Shown: positions 20,035 to 29,487 of the stretch, one piece after another | How positions within the stretch are numbered: position 1 is the first letter of the stretch | Layout of the letters: each line of letters starts with the position of its first letter | From: Dehalococcoidia bacterium | Lineage (GTDB): Bacteria > Chloroflexota > Dehalococcoidia > SM23-28-2 > RBG-16-64-32 | Direction: 5' to 3' | DNA: 64,000 nucleotides | Assembly (NCBI GenBank): GCA_040877915.1 | Contig: JBBDNA010000013.1 | Span: forward strand, 13,760 to 77,759 | The notes under the pieces: generated by a model | Told to the model about the DNA's origin: nothing | The model's input: only the letters and a program-made list of their open reading frames with translations | Databases searched by the model: none | Position numbers and translations under genes: made by a program

Positions 20035-20218
20035 TGTCATGCTGAGCGCCGACAACGGTCTGGCGCGGCCGTACGCATCTCCGCGAAGGTATCTGGGGAG
20101 GGGCCAGCGCTGGCACGTCGGCGGCACTCTCCCCTGTCATTCTGAGCGGCCACCACGCCCGCTCGGCAGAGGACGATGTTCGCGAAGGCCTGTCCTGAGC
20201 CTGTCGAAGGGAATCTGG
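20035..20218 (+). repeat. Two tandem family-A repeats (TGTCATTCTGAGCG-N33/34-GCGAAGGAATCT); the second carries a nested family-B unit
   Basis: Copies start at 20035 and 20135; same arms at 21240, 55710, 56667 and 58614. Confidence 0.85.
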
Positions 20219-20357
20219 TATTGGGCCGACGCCCGCCGCGGGACGCTCTACCCGGCTTGCCGTTTCAACCCGCAGACAGCAGCCGCCCCTTGACACCGAC
20301 CCCGCGAAACCCGTATTCGTTATCTCATTGCACCAGCGCAGCTTGAAGGAGGCTCCC

Positions 20358-21173
20358 ATGCCTGACAGGATCACCGTAGGCAACGTCGAGATCATAGCGC
20401 TCCTGGACACCCCCATGAACTTCCCCTGGGCCGCATTCTTCCCCGCCATCGACCAGGCGGAGTTCGAGCCCTACCGCGACCTCTATCCCGATAGCTTCAA
20501 CCCCAACGGCACCTTCCAGACCTACGCCCAGTGCTCCGCCTTGCGCTCCGGCGGCAAGGTCGTCCTCGTGGACACCGGCGTCGGTCCGGGGATGAACGGT
20601 AAGCTGCTGGAGGACATGAACGGCAAGGGTGTTCCCGCGGCGTCCGTCGATCTCGTCGTCTTCACCCACCTCCACCCCGACCACGTGGGCTGGAACATCA
20701 TGCCGGACAAGACCCCCGCCTTCCCCAAGGCCCGCTACCTCGTCCCCCAGGCGGACTGGGACGCCGCGGTCGGCGGCAACCCCGCCGTCGCCGGCCCTCA
20801 CTTCAGCGGCCAGGTCCAGCCGCTCCAGGACGTGGACCGGCTCGACCTCTTCTCCGGCGAGCACGCCGTCACCGACGACATCACGGCGGTCCCCACCCCC
20901 GGCCACACGCCCGGACACAGCAGCTTCGTGGTCGCCTCCGCAGGCGAGAAGGCGATCATCACCGGCGACCTCGCCCACCACCCCGCCCAGGTCGATCGCC
21001 CTGAGTGGTGCTCCGGTTTCGACAGCGATCCCCAGACGGCGATAGCCAGCCGTACGAAGGTACTCGACCAACTGGAGTCGGAGGGTGTCGTCGCCCGGAT
21101 AAACCACTTCCCGCCGCCGGGCCTCGGCAAGATCGTGAGGCTGGAAGGTAAGCGCGTCTTCCAGGCGCTCTGA
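20358..21173 (+). CDS. MBL-fold metallo-hydrolase
   Basis: VDTG, THLHPDHVG, PGHTPGH, GDLAH; SD AAGGAGG. Confidence 0.92.
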   Translation: MPDRITVGNVEIIALLDTPMNFPWAAFFPAIDQAEFEPYRDLYPDSFNPNGTFQTYAQCSALRSGGKVVLVDTGVGPGMNGKLLEDMNGKGVPAASVDLVVFTHLHPDHVGWNIMPDKTPAFPKARYLVPQADWDAAVGGNPAVAGPHFSGQVQPLQDVDRLDLFSGEHAVTDDITAVPTPGHTPGHSSFVVASAGEKAIITGDLAHHPAQVDRPEWCSGFDSDPQTAIASRTKVLDQLESEGVVARINHFPPPGLGKIVRLEGKRVFQAL

Positions 21174-21239
21174 CGCCGGCAATGACAGGGGGGACGTACC
21201 TTCGGGTTACACAACTCGCGGCTACGTCTTTGCCCCTCA

Positions 21240-21307
21240 TGTCATTCTGAGCGGCTACGCGGTTGTGCGTGGGCAGGCGTATCTCCGCGAAGGAATCTGG
21301 GGTGGGG
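21240..21307 (+). repeat. Family-A repeat copy
   Basis: TGTCATTCTGAGCG-33 nt-GCGAAGGAATCTGGGGTGGGG. Confidence 0.85.
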
Positions 21308-21426
21308 TTAACGCGCGGGCGTAAGCATAGCTGCGGGTTTTACTCCGCAGGGGGCAAAGAGTCCCGCCGGGGGCAAACAGTAGCGAGGGCTGAAGCCCTC
21401 AGCTTTGAGAGCGATTCTGCAGGGCG

Positions 21427-22509
21427 CTAGCTCGCCGCCGCCGTCTCCGCGAAGAAGTGCTGCACGCTCGTCTTCGCCGCCACCTTCTGCGCGATCTCCC
21501 CAATCGCCACCGACACCGGCGACTCCGGCTCGCTGACCACGATGGGCGTGCCCGCGTCCGCCCCCTCGCGCACCCGCACGTCCAGCGGGATCTCGCCCAG
21601 GAAGTCCAGCCCCAGCTCCTCCGCCGCCTCCCGCGCGCCACCGTGCCCGAAGATGTCCGTCCGCTCGCCGCAGTGCGGGCAGGCGAAGAAGCTCATGTTC
21701 TCCACCACGCCGAACACCGGCACCTGCAGCTTCTCGAACATCGTCACCGCCTTCATGGCGTCCTCCAGCGACACCGCGTTTGGTGTCGTGACGATGACCG
21801 TCCCCGCGATCGGCGCCTCCTGCGCCATGCTCATCGAGGCGTCGCTCGTCCCCGGCGGCAGGTCGATTATCAGGTAATCCAGCTCGCCGTCCTCGCCCCA
21901 GGGCAGGTCGTGCAGCAGCTGCCGCACCCCCGTCCCGATCATCGGGCCGCGCCAGACCACCGCCAGCCCCTTCTTCAATACAAACCCGATCGAGGCCAGC
22001 TTTATCCCGTAGCGCTCGATGATCGCCAGGCCGGAGTCTGCCTGGAAGCCGGCGCCCACGCCCAGCATCGTCGGAACGTTAGGGCCGGTCAGGTCCGCGT
22101 CGCACAGCCCCACCCGCGCCCCGAACCCCTTCAGCGCCAGCGCCAGGTTCACCGCCACCGTGGATTTCCCCACGCCCCCCTTGTTCGACGCCACGGCGAT
22201 GATGTTGCGCACCCCATCCACCGGCCGCTGCCCGCGCATCGCCGTCTGCCGCACCTCCGCGTCCATGGTTACCTCGGCCCGCTCCACGCCGGGAATAGCC
22301 AGCAGCAGCTCCTCCGCCTCCCGCTTCATCTGCTCGCGTACCGGACAGGCCGGCGTCGTCAGCACGATCCGCACCGACACGCTGTCGCCGTCGATGACGA
22401 TCTCCTCCTCCTTGACGAACCCCAGGCTCACGATGTCGCGGTGCAGGTCCGGGTCCTGAATCTTGCTCAGCGCCGAAAGTATCGCTTCGCGGCTGACCTC
22501 GCTGGCCAT
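21427..22509 (-). CDS. apbC: Mrp/NBP35 Fe-S cluster carrier ATPase
   Basis: N-terminal DPDLHRDIVSLG/TTPACP, KGGVGKST, VWRGPM, DLPPGT, ENMS-CPHC. Confidence 0.93.
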   Translation of the reverse strand: MASEVSREAILSALSKIQDPDLHRDIVSLGFVKEEEIVIDGDSVSVRIVLTTPACPVREQMKREAEELLLAIPGVERAEVTMDAEVRQTAMRGQRPVDGVRNIIAVASNKGGVGKSTVAVNLALALKGFGARVGLCDADLTGPNVPTMLGVGAGFQADSGLAIIERYGIKLASIGFVLKKGLAVVWRGPMIGTGVRQLLHDLPWGEDGELDYLIIDLPPGTSDASMSMAQEAPIAGTVIVTTPNAVSLEDAMKAVTMFEKLQVPVFGVVENMSFFACPHCGERTDIFGHGGAREAAEELGLDFLGEIPLDVRVREGADAGTPIVVSEPESPVSVAIGEIAQKVAAKTSVQHFFAETAAAS

Positions 22510-23165
22510 TATCTGCCTCCCTTTCGGTCGCCATCTGCCTTCACGATGAAACAGCAGGACTGCGCCCCCTTGCTCATGAACTGGCTGCACTGCACGTCCC
22601 CGCCCAGCAGCCCGCTGAGCAGTGACAGGTGCCAGTCGCACAGGTCCGAGTCCAGCTCCGCCACGCGGCGGTACACGCAATTGTAGTCCGTGATCTCGAA
22701 GCCGCCGTCCACTGCCCGCCACTCCGCGAACCCGCCCTCATCGTCCAGCATCTTTGCTACCGCCGCTACCCGCTCCGGTAGCGCTCGTCCCTCTAGCCGC
22801 GACCCGTATCGCGTCTGCAGCTGGCCGGCCATCTTCTCGAACAGCAACCCCTTCTTCTGCGCCGGCGTCAACCCGGCGATCTCCTCCGCCTCCAGCCGCG
22901 ACACCTCGTCCAGGAGCAGCCCGGCCAGCCGGTCGTAGCGCTTGGGGAACGTCTCCTCGCCGCGGTCGGTCAGGTTGTACACCAGGTGCGGCCGGCCCGT
23001 GGCCCGCCTCACCTGGTGCGATTGCACGAAGCCGTCGCGTTCCAGCACCGCCAGGTGCTGTCGCACCGTCATCTTCGCAACGCCGATACCCTCCGCCAGC
23101 TTAGCGATGGAGCTCCCGCCGCTCCGCTTCAGGCTGGCCAGAATCGCGCTTTTCGTCGTCTGCAT
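22509..23165 (-). CDS. HTH transcriptional regulator, SufR-like/ArsR family
   Basis: TVRQHLAVLERDG, GRP-YNLT, FPKRY, NC-x12-C...CC; coupled to apbC. Confidence 0.82.
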   Translation of the reverse strand: MQTTKSAILASLKRSGGSSIAKLAEGIGVAKMTVRQHLAVLERDGFVQSHQVRRATGRPHLVYNLTDRGEETFPKRYDRLAGLLLDEVSRLEAEEIAGLTPAQKKGLLFEKMAGQLQTRYGSRLEGRALPERVAAVAKMLDDEGGFAEWRAVDGGFEITDYNCVYRRVAELDSDLCDWHLSLLSGLLGGDVQCSQFMSKGAQSCCFIVKADGDRKGGR

Positions 23166-23253
23166 GCTAACTTTCGGCCCTTGTGGCCGTTATAAGTATA
23201 CACAAGCGAAGGGCGACAAGTAATGCGTTTCACAATTATATACAGAATAAACC

Positions 23254-23282
23254 TTGACACCTCTTTCAAACGGACATATAAT
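23254..23282 (+). promoter_or_regulatory. Perfect consensus sigma70 promoter
   Basis: TTGACA-17 nt-TATAAT in an AT-rich divergent intergenic region. Confidence 0.8.
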
Positions 23283-23361
23283 CCGAAGTCCTTCGTTGTA
23301 ACGTATACAGCTTAGGACACATCCTACAGAGAAAGGAATCCGAATCCAGGAGGTGGCAGTG

Positions 23362-23700
23362 ATGGGTAAGGCGGCAGTCAGAGAACGGCCGAAGAGCGCC
23401 GCCCCCGAGACCAACGGCCACGCGCCCGCCGAAAACGGCGCCGTGGCGGTTCAGACCGGTGGCTGCGTACACCACTGGCTCATCGATACCCCCAGAGGCT
23501 CGATGAGCTCCGGGCGCTGCAAGCGCTGCGGCGAGGTCCGCGAGTTCCGCAACTCCGCGACCGACTACATCTGGGACGACGACTCCTCGTCCGGATACCA
23601 CAGCTGGGGCGGTATGCGCTCCGCTCCCAAGGCAGCTTCCGACGACGAGGACGGCATCGCCGCCGCGCCTTCCGGCGCGGCAGTCGCCATCGCCGTCTAG
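23362..23700 (+). CDS. Small hypothetical zinc-ribbon protein
   Basis: CVHHW...CKRC; SD AGGAGG. Confidence 0.75.
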   Translation: MGKAAVRERPKSAAPETNGHAPAENGAVAVQTGGCVHHWLIDTPRGSMSSGRCKRCGEVREFRNSATDYIWDDDSSSGYHSWGGMRSAPKAASDDEDGIAAAPSGAAVAIAV

Positions 23701-23803
23701 CTTCCGTTCGAGCACAGGCAGCGGCGGCACGGGACGCGACCACGCGTCCCGTGCCGCCGTTCGCTATCCTCGGCGACGGCTCGCCCCGTATAATCGGAGC
23801 GGA

Positions 23804-24739
23804 GTGAACCTCAGCGTAGACCTCGCCGCCGGACGCAAGACCGCACTCTCCCTTTCCAACCCCGTCATGACCGCCTCCGGCACCTTCGCCAACGGCCTGG
23901 AGTACGCCCGCGTCTTCGATATCCAGAGACTCGGCGCCATCGTCAGCAAGGCCGTCACTCTCAAGCCCCGCCGCGGCAACGTCCAGCCCCGCATCGCCGA
24001 GACCGCCGCCGGCATGATCAACTCCATCGGCCTCCAGAATATCGGCCTCGAGGCCATCCTCCGCGACGTCGCCCCCGTCTGGGACACCTGGACAGTCCCC
24101 GTCGTCGCCAACATCGCCGGCGAGACCGTCGCCGACTACGCCGCGCTGGCCCGCCGCCTGGACGGCGTCCCCGGCGTCGCCGCGCTCGAGATGAACATCA
24201 GCTGCCCCAACGTCGACGAGGGCCTGGAGTTCGGCTCCAGCCCTCGCGCCGCCGCCGAGGTCGTCGAAGCCACCCGCCGCTCGACGACTCTGCCCCTCAT
24301 CGTCAAGCTCACGCCCAACGCCGCCGACATCGTCGCCGTCGCCCGCGCCGTCGCCGACGCCGGCGCCGACGCCCTCACCGTCATCAACACCTTCCCCGCC
24401 GTGCGCATCGACGTCGAATCCCGGCGTCCCGCCCTGGGCTGGGGGTCCGGCGGCCTCTCCGGGCCCGCCCTCAAGCCCATCGCCGTCAAGATGGTCTACG
24501 AAGTCGCCTCCGCCGTCGTCGTCCCCGTCATCGGCTGCGGCGGCATCGAGACCGGCGAGGACGCCGTCGAGTACCTCATGGCCGGCGCCACCTCCGTCCA
24601 GGTCGGCACCGCCACCTTCCGCAACCCCCGCGCCCCCCTCGACGTCCTGGAGGGGTTCGAAGCCTGGATGCGCGACCACGCCGTCGAGGACGTCCGCGAG
24701 ATCATCGGCGCCGCCCAGCCCGCCGAAAACCCCGCGTAG
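23804..24739 (+). CDS. pyrD: Dihydroorotate dehydrogenase (family 1B) catalytic subunit
   Basis: NPVMTASGT, NSIGLQN, NISCPN, VKLTPN, GGLSGP. Confidence 0.96.
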   Translation: MNLSVDLAAGRKTALSLSNPVMTASGTFANGLEYARVFDIQRLGAIVSKAVTLKPRRGNVQPRIAETAAGMINSIGLQNIGLEAILRDVAPVWDTWTVPVVANIAGETVADYAALARRLDGVPGVAALEMNISCPNVDEGLEFGSSPRAAAEVVEATRRSTTLPLIVKLTPNAADIVAVARAVADAGADALTVINTFPAVRIDVESRRPALGWGSGGLSGPALKPIAVKMVYEVASAVVVPVIGCGGIETGEDAVEYLMAGATSVQVGTATFRNPRAPLDVLEGFEAWMRDHAVEDVREIIGAAQPAENPA

Positions 24740-24749
24740 GCTCCCGCGC

Positions 24750-24893
24750 GTAGGGGCGACCTTCAGGTCGCCCGTTGGGTGGGGCTCGTAGCTGCAGGGC
24801 TTCAGCCCTGGATAGGCTGACGAAGGCCGCAATGTAGGCGGGTAGCTTCAGCTGCCCGCAACAGCGTGTCGGGGTCTCAAGACCCCGACCTAC
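24750..24893. repeat. Cluster of four GTAG-headed REP-like palindromes
   Basis: GTAGGGGCGACCTTCAGGTCGCCC, GTAGCTGCAGGGCTTCAGCCCTG, GTAGGCGGGTAGCTTCAGCTGCCCGC and inverted GTCGGGGTCTCAAGACCCCGACCTAC. Confidence 0.8.
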
Positions 24894-24936
24894 ATCCGCT
24901 CATCCTGGGCGCACCTTCCCTCAGTGCGGCAATACC

Positions 24937-25410
24937 TCACGCCTCCGGCGTCGCCTCTTCCGGCGCACTACCTTCCGGCGTCGCGCTACCCTCCCCCTCC
25001 TCCGGCGTCGTCTCTCCCGTCGCCGCCGCGCCCGGCCTCCGCTCCGGCGATATCTTGCACGCCCCCGATTCCAGCGGCTCGCAGCTCTCTACCCGCGCCC
25101 TCGACCCCGGCGCGTCCGGCACCCGCATCACCACCACTATATCCTGCGACTCGAAGCAGATGGGGCACACGCACTCGGCCTTCCACTCCCCGCTCGCCCC
25201 GTCGAACTCCACGGCCTCGCACGCCGACTTCTCGCCCAGCCCCTTCGCCACGCCGATCAGGTGCTCTTTGGCTAGCGCCTTGATTTGCGATTCAGCCTGC
25301 TGCGGCGTCGCCTCGCTCGCGGGCGAACCCGTGCCGCCGTCGTCCGATTCGCAGGCCAGCGCCAGCAGCGCCACGGCGATCACGGCGGCGCATACGAACC
25401 ACGTCTTCAC
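24937..25410 (-). CDS. Putative lipoprotein
   Basis: Signal peptide with LALAC lipobox; Cys-rich core, PEG/ATP-rich tail. Confidence 0.7.
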   Translation of the reverse strand: MKTWFVCAAVIAVALLALACESDDGGTGSPASEATPQQAESQIKALAKEHLIGVAKGLGEKSACEAVEFDGASGEWKAECVCPICFESQDIVVVMRVPDAPGSRARVESCEPLESGACKISPERRPGAAATGETTPEEGEGSATPEGSAPEEATPEA

Positions 25411-25485
25411 GCCCTCGATTATATTCGAACGCAGGCCAGGTTCGTTTGACCCCCTGCTCGCCTCGGCCCTAAGATTGAAGCCGGA

Positions 25486-25563
25486 CGGGGTGTAGCTCAG
25501 TCAGGTTAGAGCGCCTGGTTTGGGGCCAGGAGGCCGGCGGTTCGAATCCGCCCACCCCGACCA
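25486..25563 (+). tRNA. tRNA-Pro(TGG)
   Basis: CGGGGTG/CACCCCG acceptor stem, CCTGG-TTTGGGG-CCAGG anticodon arm, GGTTCGAATCC T-loop, encoded CCA. Confidence 0.97.
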
Positions 25564-25570
25564 TCCTAAG

Positions 25571-25975
25571 TCACTCCCCCGCCAGCTGTTCCGCCCCCGT
25601 CACCCGCCAGCTCAGGTCCTCCCGCAGCTCCAGCGTCAGCTCCCAGCGCTCTGCTTCGCCCTTCCGGATCACCTCGATCGTCCCGCTCGTGTCCTCAAAC
25701 TCCCCGGTCGAAAAGTAGATACACACCTTCCCCCTCGCCTCCAGCGAGTCCTCGGTCGCCTCGCAGCCCAGCGGATCGCTCATCTGGTACGCCCTCCCGT
25801 CCAGCCCCCCGCCCGTCACGTAGTCGACGATCGCCGCTGTCGACGATTGCTTCTCGCCCGGCTCCGGCGTCGGTTGCGGGGAAGCGCTGGGCGAACCGCT
25901 GCCGCCGCACGCCGCGGCCAGGAGCGCGACCGCGACGATGAGCCCCGCCGGCCCGGATATCCTGCACATCGCCAT
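25571..25975 (-). CDS. Putative lipoprotein
   Basis: LLAAAC lipobox, Pro/Ser linker. Confidence 0.65.
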   Translation of the reverse strand: MAMCRISGPAGLIVAVALLAAACGGSGSPSASPQPTPEPGEKQSSTAAIVDYVTGGGLDGRAYQMSDPLGCEATEDSLEARGKVCIYFSTGEFEDTSGTIEVIRKGEAERWELTLELREDLSWRVTGAEQLAGE

Positions 25976-26040
25976 CCATTCTACCAACCGTTCCCGCCCC
26001 GGCGCTTGACCCCCCGCCACGCCCGCCGTAGCCTGACGCC

Positions 26041-26724
26041 GTGACCGTCAGCAAGATCATCGCCGACCGCCGCCGCGTCCGCCGTCTCGTCACCTTCGTC
26101 AAACCCCGCGCCTCCGACCGCGTCCTCGACGTCGGCACCGGCATGCTCGCCTTCGCCTTCGCTCCCAAAGCCCGCGAGGTCCACGCCCTGGAGTGGGACC
26201 TGCGACCCCGTCGCCCCGCCAACGTCATCCTCGAGCCCGGCGACGCCCACGAGCTCCGCTACCCCGACGACTGCTTCGACCTCGTCGTCTGCGGACCCTC
26301 CTTTCACCACCTCACCCACCCCCGCCTCGTCGTCAAGCAGATGGGCCGCGTCGCCGTCCCCGGCGGCCGCATCGTCATCGAGGACATCATCGCCTCCGAG
26401 CAGGCCGCCCGCGCCCGCTACCAGGACCGGCTGGAGCGCCTGCGCGACCGCTCCCACCCCGGCTACCTCCGCCTCAGCCAGATCATCGCCTACTGCGGCG
26501 AAGCCGGCCTCCGCGTCCGCTCCATCCAGGTCCACGACCTGCCCCGCGAGTTCAATGAGTGGCTCGTCGGCCATCGCTCCTCCCCCGCCCGCATCGAGCA
26601 CATCCGCCGCCTCATGGTCGGCGGCGCCGAGGCCGACCTCGCCGGCCTCGAAGTCCGCCCCGTGGACGACACGATTATCTTCACCCAGCAGATCGCCTCC
26701 CTCGTCGCCGAGAAGCGCGAGTAG
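26041..26724 (+). CDS. Class I SAM-dependent methyltransferase
   Basis: VLDVGTG, GDAHEL-DDCFDLV, SFHH, PGG. Confidence 0.85.
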   Translation: MTVSKIIADRRRVRRLVTFVKPRASDRVLDVGTGMLAFAFAPKAREVHALEWDLRPRRPANVILEPGDAHELRYPDDCFDLVVCGPSFHHLTHPRLVVKQMGRVAVPGGRIVIEDIIASEQAARARYQDRLERLRDRSHPGYLRLSQIIAYCGEAGLRVRSIQVHDLPREFNEWLVGHRSSPARIEHIRRLMVGGAEADLAGLEVRPVDDTIIFTQQIASLVAEKRE

Positions 26725-27057
26725 CGCACCGGCGGCCCCCTGTAGGCGTGTGTATTAGCGGCCTTCATAGCCTGCTGCCCTGAGCCTGCCGAAGGGTCGA
26801 TGGGACGAGCCCCTGCTGACCCTCGCCACCGCCACCTCGTCCACGAGACGCCGGAAGGGTAACTTTTCCAGCGTTCACCCCGTCTACAGGTGCAGACGGA
26901 AGGTCTACACTTTACCTACAGACATGGCTACAAGACAGAGCGGACCCCGCAGACGCCCGGCCCCTCCCCACGTCCAGGAGAACGCCAAGCGCGCTCGCGC
27001 CCGCCCCTCCGAGCGCGCCCGGCCCCCTAACCAGCCGCGGCGAGGAGGCAAGCGCTC

Positions 27058-27987
27058 GTGACCCTCCCCATCCGCCCCGGCTGGCCCACCTTCTTCGGCG
27101 CGCCCCCCGCCGAGGACCCCGAAGCCGTCCGCGCCGACGTCGCCGTCCTCGGCATCCCCTTCGACGCCGGCACGAACGACCGGCCCGGCGCCCGCTTCGG
27201 CCCCCTGGGCGTCCGCGAAGCCTCCATGCGCCTCGCGCCCGTCAACGGCGACGATGGCGCTGGCTGGCTCGACGCCGAGTCCGGCCAGACGCTCCTCCGC
27301 GGCGTCTCCATCGTCGACGCCGGCGACGTCGACATCCGCACCATCAGCCTGGAGGACAACTTCGGCCGCATCACGGAGGCCGCCGCCTTCCTCCGCTCCC
27401 GCTGCCGCCTACCCGTCTTCGTCGGCGGCGACCATGCCGTCACCTTCCCCCTCGTCCGCGCCTTCGAGAACGGCCCCCTCACCGTCGTCCAGTTCGACGC
27501 CCACCAGGACTACACCGACGACAAGTACGGACAGCGCTTCTCCCACGACAACCAGATGCGCCGCATCAGCGAGCTCACCTTCGTCCAGCGCATCGTCCAG
27601 GTCGGCCTGCGCGGCGCCCTGGAGCACGCCGAGCCCTACCGCGCGGCGGTCCGCGACGGCGTCCAGACCGTCACCAGCGAGCGCATCGTCCGCGACGGCG
27701 TCGAGCTGGCTCTCGCAGATGTCCACCCCGAGGGCGACACCTACGTCACGATCGACATCGACATCCTCGATCCGGCGACCGCTCCCGGCACCGGCTTCCC
27801 GGAGCCGGGCGGCATCGGCTATTACCAGCTGAAGGACGCGCTGCTCCTCATCGCCCGCCGCTCCCGCGTCATCGCCTTCGACCTCTGCGAGGTCAACCCC
27901 ACCTACGACTCCGCCGGCGTCACCGCCCGCATCGCCTCGCGGTTGATGCTCGACCTCATGGGAGCGATAATTCCCTCTGTGGAGTAG
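27058..27987 (+). CDS. speB: Agmatinase/ureohydrolase family protein
   Basis: RPGARFGP, GGDH, DAHQD, TIDIDILDP-APGTG-PEPGG. Confidence 0.85.
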   Translation: MTLPIRPGWPTFFGAPPAEDPEAVRADVAVLGIPFDAGTNDRPGARFGPLGVREASMRLAPVNGDDGAGWLDAESGQTLLRGVSIVDAGDVDIRTISLEDNFGRITEAAAFLRSRCRLPVFVGGDHAVTFPLVRAFENGPLTVVQFDAHQDYTDDKYGQRFSHDNQMRRISELTFVQRIVQVGLRGALEHAEPYRAAVRDGVQTVTSERIVRDGVELALADVHPEGDTYVTIDIDILDPATAPGTGFPEPGGIGYYQLKDALLLIARRSRVIAFDLCEVNPTYDSAGVTARIASRLMLDLMGAIIPSVE

Positions 27988-28002
27988 AGCTCCAGGGAGG
28001 AT

Positions 28003-28209
28003 ATGGAAGACAGCCCGCCGCCGCCGGAACCGGAAGTCCCGTTCTACATCATCATCGCCCGAATCCTTATCGTCTCCGTCATGTCCTTCGCCGGCGCCGC
28101 CGCCATCTTCTTCTTCGTCGGAGGCGTCTGGCAGGTCGGCCTGCCCGCCCTCGGCCTGTGCCTCGTGTTCATGGGCCTCATGTTCCTCGTCGAACGCGCC
28201 GCCGCCTGA
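28003..28209 (+). CDS. Small 2-TM membrane protein
   Basis: SD GGGAGG; hydrophobic 68 aa. Confidence 0.7.
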   Translation: MEDSPPPPEPEVPFYIIIARILIVSVMSFAGAAAIFFFVGGVWQVGLPALGLCLVFMGLMFLVERAAA

Positions 28210-28259
28210 CGCTGCGCGGTGTGGTAAGCTGATTGCAGAGACCCAACGGAGGCGATGAT

Positions 28260-28472
28260 ATGCCGTTCCTGATATTCCAGAGCCTCGGCGCGCCCGAGCT
28301 CCTCATCATCCTGGGGATAGTCGTCGTGCTGTTCGGCGCCAGCCGTATCGGCGATATCGGCGGCTCCATCGGCCGCGGCATCCGCGAGTTCCGCCGCGAG
28401 GTCAAGGAAGGCGAGAAGGAACCCGGCGACGACAAGTCCGCCGCTGAGACCTCCGGAGAGAAGAAAGCCTGA
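28260..28472 (+). CDS. tatA: Twin-arginine translocase TatA/E subunit
   Basis: GAPELLIILGIVVVLFG...GRGIREF. Confidence 0.93.
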   Translation: MPFLIFQSLGAPELLIILGIVVVLFGASRIGDIGGSIGRGIREFRREVKEGEKEPGDDKSAAETSGEKKA

Positions 28473-28490
28473 ACCTGGGGCGCAAACGCG

Positions 28491-28523
28491 AAGGCCGGCC
28501 GTTACGCAACGGCCGGCCTTTTT
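28491..28523 (+). terminator. Intrinsic terminator
   Basis: AAGGCCGGCCGTT-loop-AACGGCCGGCCTTTTT. Confidence 0.85.
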
Positions 28524-28539
28524 CGATGTCCGTTAATCG

Positions 28540-29349
28540 TTACGCCGGCTGGACCACCACGTCCTCTATCGTCAGCGGCTGGGCCAGGTCGTCCTCCGCC
28601 TGGCAGCCGCCGGCATCCGGCGTCTGCGTCCCGAAGCACGGCCGCCGCTCACCCAGCGATTGCAGGATCTCCTGCCCCTCGCTCACCAGGCCGATCACCG
28701 TGCCCTCGAAGTCGCCGTCTTCGCTCATGGCGATGACGAACTGGCTTCCGTGCACCTGGTCCCCGCCCGCTACGGTTACCGGCGCTATCACGGCCCACTG
28801 GCCGCCCGGCGCCCCTTCGCCCTCCTTGGCCAGCGTGTAGCCCGGGCCGCCCACGCCGCTGCAGGAGAACTCCTCGTTGTCCACGCACGTCGGGTCACCC
28901 GCCTGCGCGTCGAATCCGGGTATCACCCAGAAAAACTCCTGTCCGTCGTAATAGTTCTGGCCGGCCAGGAACGCGAAGCTGTTCGCCGTCTCTGGCGCGT
29001 TCGCCGTGTCCAGCTCCAGGACTATCGGCCCCTGATCGGTGGTTATCGTCGCCGTGTACCCGCGGCCGATGTCTATCGTGTCCTGGGGGCTTTCGAACGT
29101 CGGCAGTCCCTCCGGTGTCGGGCTCGCTTCTGCCACGTCCTCGTCCACCGGCACGCCGGTGCTATTGTTGCGGCCGCTCCCCAGGCTCGGCGCTAGGCCC
29201 ACGGCAGCCAGGCTCAGGATCATAACCATCATGAACGCCAGGTAAAAGAACTTGACGTTCCAGATCAGGTTGACCGGAAACGGCGGCTTCGCCCGGCGGG
29301 CTGCCGGCTCTCCCCGTAACGCCCTTCGTCTTCGCTGTCGTCTGGGCAG
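28540..29349 (-). CDS. Membrane-anchored cyclophilin-like protein (probable CTG start)
   Basis: ATITTDQGPIVLEL, APETANSF, YYDG, AGDP, GGPGY, GSQF; frame open to CTG 29349 behind GAGGTG. Confidence 0.8.
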   Translation of the reverse strand: MPRRQRRRRALRGEPAARRAKPPFPVNLIWNVKFFYLAFMMVMILSLAAVGLAPSLGSGRNNSTGVPVDEDVAEASPTPEGLPTFESPQDTIDIGRGYTATITTDQGPIVLELDTANAPETANSFAFLAGQNYYDGQEFFWVIPGFDAQAGDPTCVDNEEFSCSGVGGPGYTLAKEGEGAPGGQWAVIAPVTVAGGDQVHGSQFVIAMSEDGDFEGTVIGLVSEGQEILQSLGERRPCFGTQTPDAGGCQAEDDLAQPLTIEDVVVQPA

Positions 29350-29487
29350 CGCGAATCACCTCGCTAGTCTCGATGGGTGCTTTCAGTATATCAAGGCCTG
29401 TATCGGACGGCTATCGGCTGTAACATCGCCAGGGCCAAAGCATCCTTATATTGACCAAGTGGCACGACAGAGAAAGGTTTACTAATT

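Noticed and set aside
25486-27050. Island integrated at tRNA-Pro
   Set aside because: No repeat of the tRNA-Pro 3' end found by eye, and downstream genes have host-like codon use.
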